Of a stretch of 64,000 nucleotides of DNA, positions 40,425 to 50,382 are shown piece after piece. Within the stretch, counting starts at the first letter, position 1. The number at the start of each line of letters is the position of its first letter. The notes under the pieces were generated by a model. It ran no database searches and was not told the DNA's origin. It worked only from the letters and a program-made list of their open reading frames with translations. This DNA comes from a bacterium (GTDB lineage Bacteria; Actinomycetota; Acidimicrobiia; Spongiisociales; ZC4RG35), in contig JAPPFD010000007.1 of the NCBI GenBank assembly GCA_028823995.1, positions 9,594 to 73,593 of the forward strand. Direction: 5' to 3'. Made by a program: the position numbers and the translations under genes.

Positions 40425-41483
40425 TCAGTCGTATTCCACGGTGACCCGGGGGGCGGTGGGAAGGGCCTGACAGGTGAGTATCACGCCGCGGGCTATCTCG
40501 GCGTCGGTGAGGGCCATCCGCGCCCGCAGGTGAACCGAGCCGTCCCGCAGGCGAGCCCGGCAGGCCCCGCAGACGCCCGACTCACATGAGTAGGGGGCCA
40601 TGCCACCGGAGGCCCGGACGGCCTCCAGGATGGTTTGACCCGAGGCGGCGGGCACCGACCGCGCTTGCCCGCCCAGCAGCACGGTCATCGCCGCCGACAC
40701 GCCGGGAACCGAGTCGTCCGGCGGCGTCACGGGCAGGAAATTCTCGGTGTGGATTCGTTCCTCGGGCACGTCCATCCCTGCCAGCGCCGATCCGACCACG
40801 GCGTTCATGTCACCCGGCCCGCACACGTAGTAGCCGGTGTCCTGGGCATAGGGAGGATGTGTCTCGATGAACTCGACGACCCTCTTCGCGTTGATCCTGC
40901 CTCGCCGCCAAGGCCTCAACGAAGAGTTCCGGGAAGGAGACGACAGGACGTGTCTCACCGTCAGGCGGCCTGTCGAATCCTCCTCCAGCCGGGAAAGGTC
41001 CTCTGAGAAGATGACGGAGTCGGCGTCTCGGTTGCCGTAGAGGAGAAACACCGCAGAGTGCGGCTCCGCAACCAGTACCGAGCCCAGCATGGAGTACAGG
41101 GGGGTGATCCCGCTGCCCGCGCCGAACAGGTACAGGGTCCGGCGTCGTCGGGCGTCCGGGTCCAGGCAGAACCCCCCGAAGGGCGGCATCACGTCCAGGA
41201 CGTCGCCGGGCATCACGTTCCTGTTGATGTGGCTGGAGACCAGCCCGCCGCGGACTCGCTTGACGGTCACTCGCAGCGGTCCGCCTCCGAACGGGGACTC
41301 CGAAATCGTGTAGGGGCGTCGCCTCTCGAGACCCTCGAGGCGAAAACGCAAAGTCAGGTGCTGGCCGGGCCTCCAGCCGAATGTCTCGGTGAGGGGCGGG
41401 GGTACATGGAAGGACACGCTGGTGGCGTCCCTCGTCTCGGCCCGGGTATGCAATACCCGGAGGCGGTGGAACTCCCCTTTCAC
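40425..41483 (-). CDS. Ferredoxin-NAD(P) reductase with C-terminal 2Fe-2S (PaaE/CntB-like)
   Basis: PGQHL, RPYTI, GSGITP, CGP, CESGVCGAC...LTCQ; GTGA overlap. Confidence 0.92.
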   Translation of the reverse strand: MKGEFHRLRVLHTRAETRDATSVSFHVPPPLTETFGWRPGQHLTLRFRLEGLERRRPYTISESPFGGGPLRVTVKRVRGGLVSSHINRNVMPGDVLDVMPPFGGFCLDPDARRRRTLYLFGAGSGITPLYSMLGSVLVAEPHSAVFLLYGNRDADSVIFSEDLSRLEEDSTGRLTVRHVLSSPSRNSSLRPWRRGRINAKRVVEFIETHPPYAQDTGYYVCGPGDMNAVVGSALAGMDVPEERIHTENFLPVTPPDDSVPGVSAAMTVLLGGQARSVPAASGQTILEAVRASGGMAPYSCESGVCGACRARLRDGSVHLRARMALTDAEIARGVILTCQALPTAPRVTVEYD

Positions 41484-42628
41484 CGACTCCCTTCCACCCA
41501 TTCGCGTACCAACTCCTGGTGCCGCCGCACCCCCTCCTCGCCCCTGATGGAGGAGGGACCGTGCTGGAAATACGGGCTGTGCAGGGAACGCTGCTGCTGT
41601 TCGCAGGCGTAGATGTCCTCGGCGGTGAAGTCGCCGGAGGCCATGGGGTCGGAGGCGTCCCCCTTGTACTTGGCGCCGGTGTTCTTGGCCCAGAAGCCAT
41701 AGGACCGGATGGACTGGCGCATGAACGCCCACGACGAGGCGTCCGCCACCCTGGTCCGGTTCAACACGCGGGTCCGGCCGGGCGCCAGCGGGGTCACGTG
41801 GAACACCGGCCACGAACTCTCCGTCTCCACCAGTCCGATTCCCGGGAACAGCATCGGCACCCACGCTCCCAACCGGTCGGGCGGCACGATCAGGGGATAC
41901 GGCGCGTTCTTCTCCGCGTTCTCGGCGTACTCGGGGGCCAGGGGCTCGTAGAAGGCGAAGTGCGGGCCCACGAAGCCCGCCTCGATGCGGGAGTGGTCGT
42001 ACATCGCCAGGGTGCCCGAGTGCAGGTGCCCCAGGTGGTAGCCGTCTATGTAGTTCTCCACCACGATCTTCCAGTTGGCTGCCACCTCGTACTCCGTGCG
42101 GCCCTTTTCGTACTCCACCAGGCGGTCCACGTCGTGAGGCCCGAGATGCGGCTCCACCTCCCCGAACCAGTCCATGATCGAACCGGCATGCTCGTCGGGA
42201 TGCACCCACAGCATCCCGCGCCACAGGTCGACGGAGGCCTTCTTCAGCCCCAGGCAGGCCATGTCCAGGTCACCGAACTCCCGCTCCCGGCTCGGCACGG
42301 AGATGAGACTCCCCTCCAGGTCGTAGGTCCAGTCGTGGTAGGGGCAGACGATGGCTCGCTGGACGTTCCCCACCGCCCGCAGCAGTTGCGTCCCCCGGTG
42401 GCGGCAGATGTTGTGGAAGGCCCTGAGCCGGCGGTCCCGTCCCATCACGATGAAGATGTTGTTGAGCCCCGCCTGCACCGACGCGTACTGGCCCGGCTCA
42501 CTGACGTCCCCCGGCAAACCGGCAAACGCCCAGGTCCGGGAGAAGATGGCTTCCTGCTCCCGGTCGAACCACTCCTGCGACGTGTAAGCCTCCACCGGGA
42601 GGACGGGCATCCCGCGCCGGCTATCCAC
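41480..42628 (-). CDS. Rieske non-heme iron oxygenase alpha subunit (CntA/choline monooxygenase-like)
   Basis: CRHRG...CPYHDW; NWK..VENYIDGYHLGHLH; ED..ACE. Confidence 0.92.
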   Translation of the reverse strand: MDSRRGMPVLPVEAYTSQEWFDREQEAIFSRTWAFAGLPGDVSEPGQYASVQAGLNNIFIVMGRDRRLRAFHNICRHRGTQLLRAVGNVQRAIVCPYHDWTYDLEGSLISVPSREREFGDLDMACLGLKKASVDLWRGMLWVHPDEHAGSIMDWFGEVEPHLGPHDVDRLVEYEKGRTEYEVAANWKIVVENYIDGYHLGHLHSGTLAMYDHSRIEAGFVGPHFAFYEPLAPEYAENAEKNAPYPLIVPPDRLGAWVPMLFPGIGLVETESSWPVFHVTPLAPGRTRVLNRTRVADASSWAFMRQSIRSYGFWAKNTGAKYKGDASDPMASGDFTAEDIYACEQQQRSLHSPYFQHGPSSIRGEEGVRRHQELVREWVEGSR

Positions 42629-42893
42629 CTGTTCCTCCCAGCCATGCGTCGACCCCTGGGAAGAGATCGGTGACGACAACCAACACCGCCAGGATGAACC
42701 ACATGGCGGTGACCGACCAGAAAAGGGCAGGGTTCCCGTCCCTCCGGACGGTCTGCACCAAGAACGCCTCTCCCGCTCCCCAGGATTGAACCGCCCAGTA
42801 GAGGTACAAAGCGCCCCAAACCCAGTACCACTCGAACCAGGTGGCCACCACCAGGACGACCAGGCTCACCACCGTCGGCAGCTTGGACGTCAC
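42621..42893 (-). CDS. Small Trp-rich membrane protein
   Basis: Overlaps both neighbours; WFEWYWVWGALYLYW. Confidence 0.7.
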   Translation of the reverse strand: MTSKLPTVVSLVVLVVATWFEWYWVWGALYLYWAVQSWGAGEAFLVQTVRRDGNPALFWSVTAMWFILAVLVVVTDLFPGVDAWLGGTGG

Positions 42894-43675
42894 AGTGTGT
42901 CGAACCCATGCCATCCGGGGATGGCGGCCGCTTGGCGGACCCACGTCTCCAACCGGGCCTCGTCGAACTCGCCCTGGCGGATGTTGACCCACCGCGAGTC
43001 GGGGTCCTTGCCCGACAGGGGCGGGCGGGGATCCAACGACGCGCCCTGGAAGAAGGTCACCTTCACATGCCGGGTGAAGACATGGCAGTTGAGGAACCAC
43101 CCCTGTCCCTCGACGCCGTAGAAGGGCGAGTTCCACCTCACCGCTTTGCAAACCTCGGGAACAGTGCGCTCAATCAGGTCGTCGAGACGGCGTCCCACCT
43201 CGCTCTTCCAGCCCGGCATGGCGGCGATGTAGGCCTGCACGGGAGCGTCGCCGTCACCCTTGGCGATCTGAGGGTTCCCGCCCGACAGCAGGACCGGCTT
43301 GGCCGGGCCGGTGGTGTTGTAGTCCACCGCCTCCCGCACGAGGGCCCCGAACGCGGCTGGGTCGATCGTGTCTCCCTCGAAGAGGTCTATCGCCCGCTTG
43401 GTGCTCGCGTTCAATCCGGCGTTGAAAAACCCCATCGGATCGGCCAGTTCGGCGCCGTGAGCGAACGTGACCCTGACCTTGTCCTTGAAGGCATTGGCCA
43501 CGGCGACCACCCCCTGATGGGACCAGGTGGGGACTCCCATCCACTTCCACTCCTCCACCACCTCGGGATGGGCCTTGAGGAACATCCGACGGACCTCGCT
43601 CAGCATCTCCCCCCTCCAGTCATCCAGTTCCGCGATCCTCTCATCGATCCTTTTGGATGCGCTCGAGCGACTCAT
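42890..43675 (-). CDS. Tandem DUF1801 (YdhG-like) protein
   Basis: EEWKWMGVPTW...F.HGA.L.DP and LLSGGNPQIAKG...KAVRWNSPFYG. Confidence 0.85.
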   Translation of the reverse strand: MSRSSASKRIDERIAELDDWRGEMLSEVRRMFLKAHPEVVEEWKWMGVPTWSHQGVVAVANAFKDKVRVTFAHGAELADPMGFFNAGLNASTKRAIDLFEGDTIDPAAFGALVREAVDYNTTGPAKPVLLSGGNPQIAKGDGDAPVQAYIAAMPGWKSEVGRRLDDLIERTVPEVCKAVRWNSPFYGVEGQGWFLNCHVFTRHVKVTFFQGASLDPRPPLSGKDPDSRWVNIRQGEFDEARLETWVRQAAAIPGWHGFDTL

Positions 43676-43827
43676 CCTAAGTAGCGTAACCTGCCGCTTC
43701 ACATTCGAGGTGAACGCCCCCGCCCAGGCACCGCAGGTCGGGGCGGCCTAAAATGGCACAAGCCCGGGCTGAATGCTGCTCAGAAACGGCCTGATTGGCT
43801 GACATCCGTGCACGGTGCTTGAACGAT

Positions 43828-44394
43828 ATGACCGGTTCTACAGACCCTGACACCAAAAGCCTTGTCCGGACCACCGACCGCCTGGTGGTGATCGGTACTT
43901 CCGGCGCAGGCAAGACGACATTGGCTGAGAGGATCGCCCAAGCGCTCGACATGTCTCACGTAGAGTTCGACGGGATACGTCATGGACCGGACTGGACGGA
44001 AACTCCCGACGAGGTGTTCAGGGAGACATTGAGACGCCAACTACAGGGCGACAGGTGGGTCGCCGACGGCAATTACAGCTTCGCACGGGACATAGTCTGG
44101 CCCAGGGCGACGACGGTGGTCTGGCTTGACTTCCCGATTCGAGTGGTCATGTGGAGGCTGTTCTGGAGGACGATGCGCCGGGGATTCTTCCGGGAGGAAC
44201 TGTGGAATGGCAACCGAGAAAGGCTCTGGTGGCACTTCTTCAGTCGCCAATCGCTCTTCCTGTGGGCCATGCAGACCCACTGGCACCGGCGCAGGACGAT
44301 ACCGGCGGCTCTGGCCCATCCGGAGCACGCTCATCTGGACTTGGTCCACCTGCGCTCGCCGAGAGAAGCACACCAATGGCTCCTGACGCTATAG
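43828..44394 (+). CDS. Adenylate kinase-like P-loop protein (FlaR-like)
   Basis: GTSGAGKTT, WVADGNY, LWNGNRE. Confidence 0.88.
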   Translation: MTGSTDPDTKSLVRTTDRLVVIGTSGAGKTTLAERIAQALDMSHVEFDGIRHGPDWTETPDEVFRETLRRQLQGDRWVADGNYSFARDIVWPRATTVVWLDFPIRVVMWRLFWRTMRRGFFREELWNGNRERLWWHFFSRQSLFLWAMQTHWHRRRTIPAALAHPEHAHLDLVHLRSPREAHQWLLTL

Positions 44395-44448
44395 GCGATA
44401 GCGGGTGTCCAATCCCCCGCTGACCTCATGTGTAAGGTGGGATCAATC

Positions 44449-45144
44449 ATGCGTTTGACTGAAACGAAGCTAGGCGGATGGTCCCTGTTGCTCGGGACCT
44501 TGGCCGTGGGAGTCGGCTATGCGCTCTCTCCGGGCCGCGGCGCGGTGGACACCGTGCCAAGCACCAGCCTCACCGACCTTACGATGGCCATGGCCCGCAA
44601 CCAGGGGCTTTCGTACACGGTGCCCATCGTGATCCTCGTCGGCGGCCTGCTCATGCTTCATGGTTTCTTGGCACTCCGGCGGCATGCAAGACCCTTGGCG
44701 CAACTCGGCATAGTGGGGATGGTCATCGGGCTGGTGCTGCAAATGGTGATGCGGGGCCTCGACTACATGATCACCGGCCTGGGAGTGGCGGCGCTGGAAA
44801 CCCAGGGGACCCGGTCGGAGGAATGGCTCCAATCGGCCCACGAGATGCAGCGACTGGTGTTCGGGCTGCAATTCACCTCCATCGTGGTCGGCTTCACCGG
44901 GGCTGCGATCCTGGCGCTGGGACTGGCCCTCCGGCCCGAGCCTCTGCACATTCCTCCCTTACTCAACAGCCTCGTCGCCGTGCTGGTCGTGGGGTCCCTG
45001 GGACTGTTCATCGCCGCGTGGCACTCCAACGCATTGGAGTTGGCGCTGGCGCCCGCGTTTGCGGCAATGTCGTTGGGTGGGATTGTCTACATGAGTCTTT
45101 TGGGGTGGAGGTTGATAAAGGCAAGCCCGAACGGGGAGCCATAG
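44449..45144 (+). CDS. Multi-pass membrane protein of unknown function
   Basis: About six TMs; resembles 26812-27546. Confidence 0.75.
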   Translation: MRLTETKLGGWSLLLGTLAVGVGYALSPGRGAVDTVPSTSLTDLTMAMARNQGLSYTVPIVILVGGLLMLHGFLALRRHARPLAQLGIVGMVIGLVLQMVMRGLDYMITGLGVAALETQGTRSEEWLQSAHEMQRLVFGLQFTSIVVGFTGAAILALGLALRPEPLHIPPLLNSLVAVLVVGSLGLFIAAWHSNALELALAPAFAAMSLGGIVYMSLLGWRLIKASPNGEP

Positions 45145-45189
45145 AATCAACCGGGTCCGTCCGCAACCTGTCGAGGGTCATTAGGGAAC

Positions 45190-46758
45190 ATGGAAGTCGC
45201 CGCGCCGCTGCCGAGTTGGTCGATCTATGCGATCCTGATCGCCCAGGGATCCATCTACGCCCTCCTGGTCTGGTTCCTGGGCAGGGCGAGGGGTAAGACC
45301 GCGGAGACCTTCCTCTCCGGCGGAAGGGACATCGGCCACGGGATGATAAACGCCTCCGTGGTGGCGACCTGGGTGTGGGCGGCCACGCTGATGATCAGCA
45401 GTTGGACCGGTTACCAGTATGGATTCATCGGGCCGTGGTGGTACGCCCTCGGGGCGACGGTGCCGCTGCCGCTGATGGCCTACCTGGGCAGGAGAGTCAG
45501 GACCGTGATGCCCCGGGCGACCTCCTATCCCGAGTTCATGGCGCACCGCCTGGACCGAAAGAACCACATCCTGCACTCGTCGATCTCCACGGTCGTGTCT
45601 CTCTGGATCACCGTCATGATCATCACCGGCGGCGCCATCATGGGCCACGCCTTCACGGGAGCGCCGTTCTGGGCCATCGCCCTGCTGATGGTGATCATCT
45701 TCGTCTCCTACATCCCCCTCGCCGGGCTCTGGGCCAGCATCCTGGCCGACACGGTGATGTCGCTGATGCTCTACGTGTGCCTCATCATCATCGCGGTGGC
45801 GGTCCTGGTCAAGATCGGTCCCGGAGAGATCTGGGCGGGCCTCACCGAGGTTGCGGCCACCAAGCCCACGTTGCAACCGGCAATTGGCGAAGCGGAGCAA
45901 CTCAGCCAGTGGGACGGCCTCAACTGGCTGAACCCCGCGGGCCTGGGCTTTCTGGTGGTCAACATCGTGGGCAACCTGGGAGCGGTCCTGTGCAACCAGA
46001 CGTATTGGTCCAGGGTGATCGGCGCCCGGGACCCGAATACCGCGTTCAAGTCCTTCATGACCGCTGCTCTCTGCTGGTGGCCCATCCCCCTGGCCACGGG
46101 CACGGCCCTGGGCGTCGCCGCCCTGTCCAGGGGCCTGGTGGTCGGAGAGACCTATAGCAACGGAGGCGCCACGATCCTCTTCACCGAGGCGGAGGCGGTT
46201 GCGCCGGTGATGGCGTTCCTGGTGCTGGGCTTCGCGGGGTTGACGATCTTCATCCTGGCGGTGGGTTCGGCCACCATCAGCACCGGAGCAGGGGAGATCC
46301 TTGCGGTGACCACCGTGTTCGTGAACGACATCTACAGGGGGCACATCAACCCGAAGGCCCGGGACAGGACCCTGCTGGTGGCCAGCAGGGCCACGCTCTA
46401 CGTGATCGCCGCAGCTCTCCTGGCGGTCGTCATCTTCTTCCGAGAGATCGGGTTCTCCTTCGCGGGCATGTACCAGGCGATGGGCATCGCCTTCTCCTCG
46501 GCGGTGATACCGGTGATCATGGCGTGCTTCGTGAAGAACACCAACCGGGAGGGCGCCTTCTGGGCCGCCATTATCGGGAGCGTCTGCGGCATGACCTACT
46601 GGTTGGCCACGGGAGCAGACCTGCTGTGGGGCGTGGTGTGGGGGAACATCATCGTGCTCAGCGTCTCCGCGGTGATAGCCGTCACGTGGACCATCATGAG
46701 ACCGCAACCCTTCGACTTCGACAGTCTCAAAGAGTCCGAAGGGGCCACGGGGGGATAG
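45190..46758 (+). CDS. Sodium:solute symporter (Dur3 urea-transporter-like)
   Basis: SVVATWVWAATL, YGFIGPWWY, QTYWSR, DIYRGHINP. Confidence 0.88.
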   Translation: MEVAAPLPSWSIYAILIAQGSIYALLVWFLGRARGKTAETFLSGGRDIGHGMINASVVATWVWAATLMISSWTGYQYGFIGPWWYALGATVPLPLMAYLGRRVRTVMPRATSYPEFMAHRLDRKNHILHSSISTVVSLWITVMIITGGAIMGHAFTGAPFWAIALLMVIIFVSYIPLAGLWASILADTVMSLMLYVCLIIIAVAVLVKIGPGEIWAGLTEVAATKPTLQPAIGEAEQLSQWDGLNWLNPAGLGFLVVNIVGNLGAVLCNQTYWSRVIGARDPNTAFKSFMTAALCWWPIPLATGTALGVAALSRGLVVGETYSNGGATILFTEAEAVAPVMAFLVLGFAGLTIFILAVGSATISTGAGEILAVTTVFVNDIYRGHINPKARDRTLLVASRATLYVIAAALLAVVIFFREIGFSFAGMYQAMGIAFSSAVIPVIMACFVKNTNREGAFWAAIIGSVCGMTYWLATGADLLWGVVWGNIIVLSVSAVIAVTWTIMRPQPFDFDSLKESEGATGG

Positions 46759-46768
46759 TGAGCTGACC

Positions 46769-46909
46769 ATGTCGGAACTGTGGTACGTCCTCAACCACTG
46801 GGTCACCATCGCCTGGCTCGTCCTGGCCGCCTTCTACGCCTACTACGCGGTGATAGCAGACCTGGTGATCATCGTCAAGAACCGCAGGAGAGAACGAAAG
46901 CAGGGGTGA
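46769..46909 (+). CDS. 46-aa single-TM protein (not in ORF track)
   Basis: MSELWYVLNHWVTIAWLVLAAFYAYYAVIADLVIIVKNRRRERKQG; fills the gap within the operon. Confidence 0.7.
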   Translation: MSELWYVLNHWVTIAWLVLAAFYAYYAVIADLVIIVKNRRRERKQG

Positions 46910-46916
46910 CGCGGTC

Positions 46917-48575
46917 TTGGGAACCAGCGCCACCGCACACACCCACCCGCACTCCGTGAGCCACGACGCCGCGCGCGGCTATCGGCGTGCCGGGTGGTGG
47001 ACCGGCCAAAGGCTGGTGGATCGATTCGCGTCCCATGTCACAGAGGCCCCCGACCGACTGGCCCTGGTCAGCGGCGGCGACACACTGTCAAGGGGGGATC
47101 TATGGAAGGAAGCGGGAAAGGCCGCCGACCAGATCCGTGCGGTTGTGGGTGACGCAAGGAGGGTCGTGGTGATTCATCTGCCCAATACCACCTCCTGGAT
47201 GGTGATGTTCCTGGCCGTGCTGCGGGCCGGCCATGTCCCGGCTACGCCACCGGTAACCACCGAGGCCGACCACCTGCGTCACATCTTCGAGCTGACCAGG
47301 CCCGCCCTGGCCATTTCCGCGGGCAGCCACGGGCGGGCGTCGCCGGCCCGGATCGTCCAAGAGGCCGCCGCCAGAACCGGGGGCGTGGCCCTAGGCCTGG
47401 CTGATCAAACACTCCTCGAAGTGCATAGCATCGGCAGAGACCTGCATGCGACCGACCATGTTCCCGAAGCCACCGCCCACCTCATGTTCACTTCGAGCAC
47501 CACCGGACCGCCGAAGGCTGTGAGCCACAGCGAGGACTCCCTGGCCACGCTGAACCGGCAGTTCGCGGAGCGATTCGACCTCACCGGCCACACGCCTGTA
47601 TTCATGCCGTCCTCCCTGGGGCACAGCGTTGGGGCCATCCATGGCGCTCGACTGTCGATGTTTCTGGGCGCGCCGCTCATCCTTCAGAGCGGGTGGAACC
47701 CCGGAACGGCCCTGGAACTCATCGCGCGTCACCGGGCGGCGTTCACCGCCGCCGCCACGCCGTTCCTTCTCGACCTGGCCAACGCCCCGTGGAGCGGCGC
47801 CGAGCCCAAGCTGGGCCCGCTGCGGTACTTCCTGTGCGGCGGCGCCCAGGTGCCGCCGGCGCTGATCCGGCGTTGCCGCAAAGAGTTTCCCGACACGTTC
47901 GTGACGCCGCTCTGGGGCATGACGGAGGGCGGCCTCACCACCTGCGTGGACCGTTCCACCGCCGAGCAGGTCGAAAACACCGTCGGCATCGGCCTTCCCG
48001 GCCTGGAGCTACGAGTCCTCGACGCCGAGATGCGGCTGCGAGAGCGCGGCGCCGGCGAGTTGGTCATGCGCGGGCCGGGAGTGTTCAACTCCTACTTCGG
48101 CCAGCCCGAACTGTATGCCGAGCACCTCGTCGGAGAGGGATTCTTCCGCACCGGCGACCTTGCCCACATCGACGCCGACCGTTACGTATCGATCACCGGA
48201 CGGGTCAAGGACCTGATCGTCCGCGGAGGGGTCAACATCTCCCCCGTAGAGACCGAGAATGCTGTCGCTGCCCACCCGGACGTGGTGGGGGTGGCGGTGA
48301 TCGGGTGGCCGGATGAACGCCTCGGCGAGCGCATCTGCGCGGCTGTCCAGGCCAACGCTCCCCTGGACCTTGAACAAGTCATAGCCTTCTGCGCGGCCCG
48401 AGGGCTGTCTCGACGGTACTGGCCCGAGCGTCTCGAATTGGTTGACGGCTTCCCCCGCACGGCGTCGGGAAAGATCCGGAAGCTGCAATTGCGGACCGTG
48501 TTGTTGGGGCGTGCCCCCGGCGCCCAGGGCCCGCCTTCGGGGAGTCCGTCCCAATCCGGGGAGGCGAAGCCGTGA
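46917..48575 (+). CDS. Acyl-CoA ligase (cyclohexanecarboxylate-CoA ligase-like)
   Basis: FTSSTTGPPK, WGMTE, RTGD, GRVKD, TASGKIRK. Confidence 0.9.
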   Translation: MGTSATAHTHPHSVSHDAARGYRRAGWWTGQRLVDRFASHVTEAPDRLALVSGGDTLSRGDLWKEAGKAADQIRAVVGDARRVVVIHLPNTTSWMVMFLAVLRAGHVPATPPVTTEADHLRHIFELTRPALAISAGSHGRASPARIVQEAAARTGGVALGLADQTLLEVHSIGRDLHATDHVPEATAHLMFTSSTTGPPKAVSHSEDSLATLNRQFAERFDLTGHTPVFMPSSLGHSVGAIHGARLSMFLGAPLILQSGWNPGTALELIARHRAAFTAAATPFLLDLANAPWSGAEPKLGPLRYFLCGGAQVPPALIRRCRKEFPDTFVTPLWGMTEGGLTTCVDRSTAEQVENTVGIGLPGLELRVLDAEMRLRERGAGELVMRGPGVFNSYFGQPELYAEHLVGEGFFRTGDLAHIDADRYVSITGRVKDLIVRGGVNISPVETENAVAAHPDVVGVAVIGWPDERLGERICAAVQANAPLDLEQVIAFCAARGLSRRYWPERLELVDGFPRTASGKIRKLQLRTVLLGRAPGAQGPPSGSPSQSGEAKP

Positions 48576-49366
48576 ACTCGGTCGAATTGAACGACATCGT
48601 AGTCAACTACAGCCGGCGTGGCTCGGGCAACCCCGTCGTGTTGCTCCACGGACTGGCGGAGGACCATCGCTCATGGGAGGCCGTCGCCACCCACCTGGGT
48701 TCCTTCACCACCTTCGCCGTCGACCTCCGAGGCCACGGGAGGACGACCGCCGGCCAGGCTGCGGGTACCCTGTCGCAACTGAGCGACGACTTGATCATGT
48801 TTCTCAGCGCCGTCAGCGGCCCGGCAGCGGTCGTCGGGTACTCGCTCGGGGGCACGATCGCTCTCCGGGCCGCGGCCGTGGCGCCGGGCCTGATCCGCCA
48901 CCTTATCGTGGTCGCCACCTCATCGGTGGTCGGTTCGGCCGCAGCCAGGTTTTTCGAGGGCCGCGTGGCCCAGATTGAAGCCGGGGACTGGGCCGGCTTC
49001 GCCGCCGGTCTGCGCAACGACACGTCGCAGCAGATCATCACCGACGCGGAACTCGACTCCGTAACCGCCAGCCGGATGGCGGCCACCGGAGACGGCCGCG
49101 GGTACGTCAACGCCGCCAGGGCCATGGTCGGGATCCGGAGCGAACCGCTCCATCCACTGTTGGCAAGGATCACGATCGCCCTCGACATCGTCGGAGCCGA
49201 AGGCGACGTCTTCTGTCCCCGACGGGCGTCGGACCTCATCGCCGACGCGGCCCTCCACAGCCGCTTCCACGAAATCGCCGGCGCCGGTCATCTGCTGTCC
49301 GTCGACCAGCCCCGGGCCTACGGCGAGTTGCTCGCTCGGCTCCTCCGCGAATCGGAGGCCCGATGA
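48572..49366 (+). CDS. Alpha/beta hydrolase
   Basis: LLHG, DLRGHG, GYSLGG, GAGH. Confidence 0.9.
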   Translation: MNSVELNDIVVNYSRRGSGNPVVLLHGLAEDHRSWEAVATHLGSFTTFAVDLRGHGRTTAGQAAGTLSQLSDDLIMFLSAVSGPAAVVGYSLGGTIALRAAAVAPGLIRHLIVVATSSVVGSAAARFFEGRVAQIEAGDWAGFAAGLRNDTSQQIITDAELDSVTASRMAATGDGRGYVNAARAMVGIRSEPLHPLLARITIALDIVGAEGDVFCPRRASDLIADAALHSRFHEIAGAGHLLSVDQPRAYGELLARLLRESEAR

Positions 49367-50382
49367 CGCAAAGGTACGGCATCTCGCTGGGAGTGAGTCC
49401 CCGGGAGCCGTTGATCCGCACGTCCGAGCTGGCCCGGGCCATTGACGAGAGCGGCTTCGAGGTCCTTTGGTACATAGACTTCCAGCTCGGGATGAAAGAC
49501 GTGTACGCGGCTATGAACCTGGCCGCGTTGTCCACCAAGACAGCGCTCATCGGAGCGGGCGTCACCAACCTCGTGACGCGGCACCCCACCGTCACCGCCA
49601 ACGCCACTGTCGCTCTCGACGAACTCTCCGGCGGTCGGGCTCTACTCGGTCTCGGCGCGGGATGGTCGGCGGTGCTCGGCGCCGGAGGCAGGCCGTCGAG
49701 GCTGGGCGACCTGCGGTCCGGAGTCGAGGAATTCCGCAAATTGTTCACCGGCGAGGCACACGAGCTTTACGGCGCCCGGGCGCGCCTGGCGACCGCCACC
49801 CGGCAGATCCCCATCTATCTCGCCGCGTCCCAGCCCGCCATGCTGCGCCTCGCCGGCGAAGTCTGCGACGGGGTGGTCCTGATGGGCGCCGCCGACCCCG
49901 ACTTCTGCTCGTGGCAGATCGAGTTCATACACGAGGGTTTGGCGGCGGCCCACCGTGATCGGAAGGAACTGACGATCGACCTGTTCATCACCATGTCGGT
50001 AGGCGACGACGAGACAGGGGCCATCGAGGACATCCGAGCTTGGGCGACCAGCCAGGCAGCCACGTTTTACCCGTGGAAGCGAATGCCGCCGGCATGGGAG
50101 AGGTTCCGCCCCGAGTTCGCTCGGGCGGCCGAAGCCTACAAGCTCGTCGATCACCTGTCACTGCAGGCCCGGCACCGCCAGATCGTGTCGAACGACTTCG
50201 CTCGATCGGTGGCGCTGGTGGGCGACCTGGACACGTGCGTGAGCCGGCTGCGCCGCCTCTGGCGACTCGACATCGACCGAATAACCTTCGCCCTCCTGTC
50301 GGGCGGGCGGGAGCAGCGTCTCGCCCACCTGTCCAATACCGTGATTCCCGCTGTGAGAGCAAGGGAGGAAACTGATGGTTGA
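49363..50382 (+). CDS. LLM-class (probably F420-dependent) oxidoreductase
   Basis: GVTNLVTRHP, LDELSGGR..LGLGAG, IPIYLAA. Confidence 0.88.
   Translation: MTQRYGISLGVSPREPLIRTSELARAIDESGFEVLWYIDFQLGMKDVYAAMNLAALSTKTALIGAGVTNLVTRHPTVTANATVALDELSGGRALLGLGAGWSAVLGAGGRPSRLGDLRSGVEEFRKLFTGEAHELYGARARLATATRQIPIYLAASQPAMLRLAGEVCDGVVLMGAADPDFCSWQIEFIHEGLAAAHRDRKELTIDLFITMSVGDDETGAIEDIRAWATSQAATFYPWKRMPPAWERFRPEFARAAEAYKLVDHLSLQARHRQIVSNDFARSVALVGDLDTCVSRLRRLWRLDIDRITFALLSGGREQRLAHLSNTVIPAVRAREETDG

Noticed and set aside
41484-42224. Oxygenase-reductase fusion suggested by the 599-aa ORF
   Set aside because: Off-frame overlap with the Rieske gene; the reductase starts at GTG 41483
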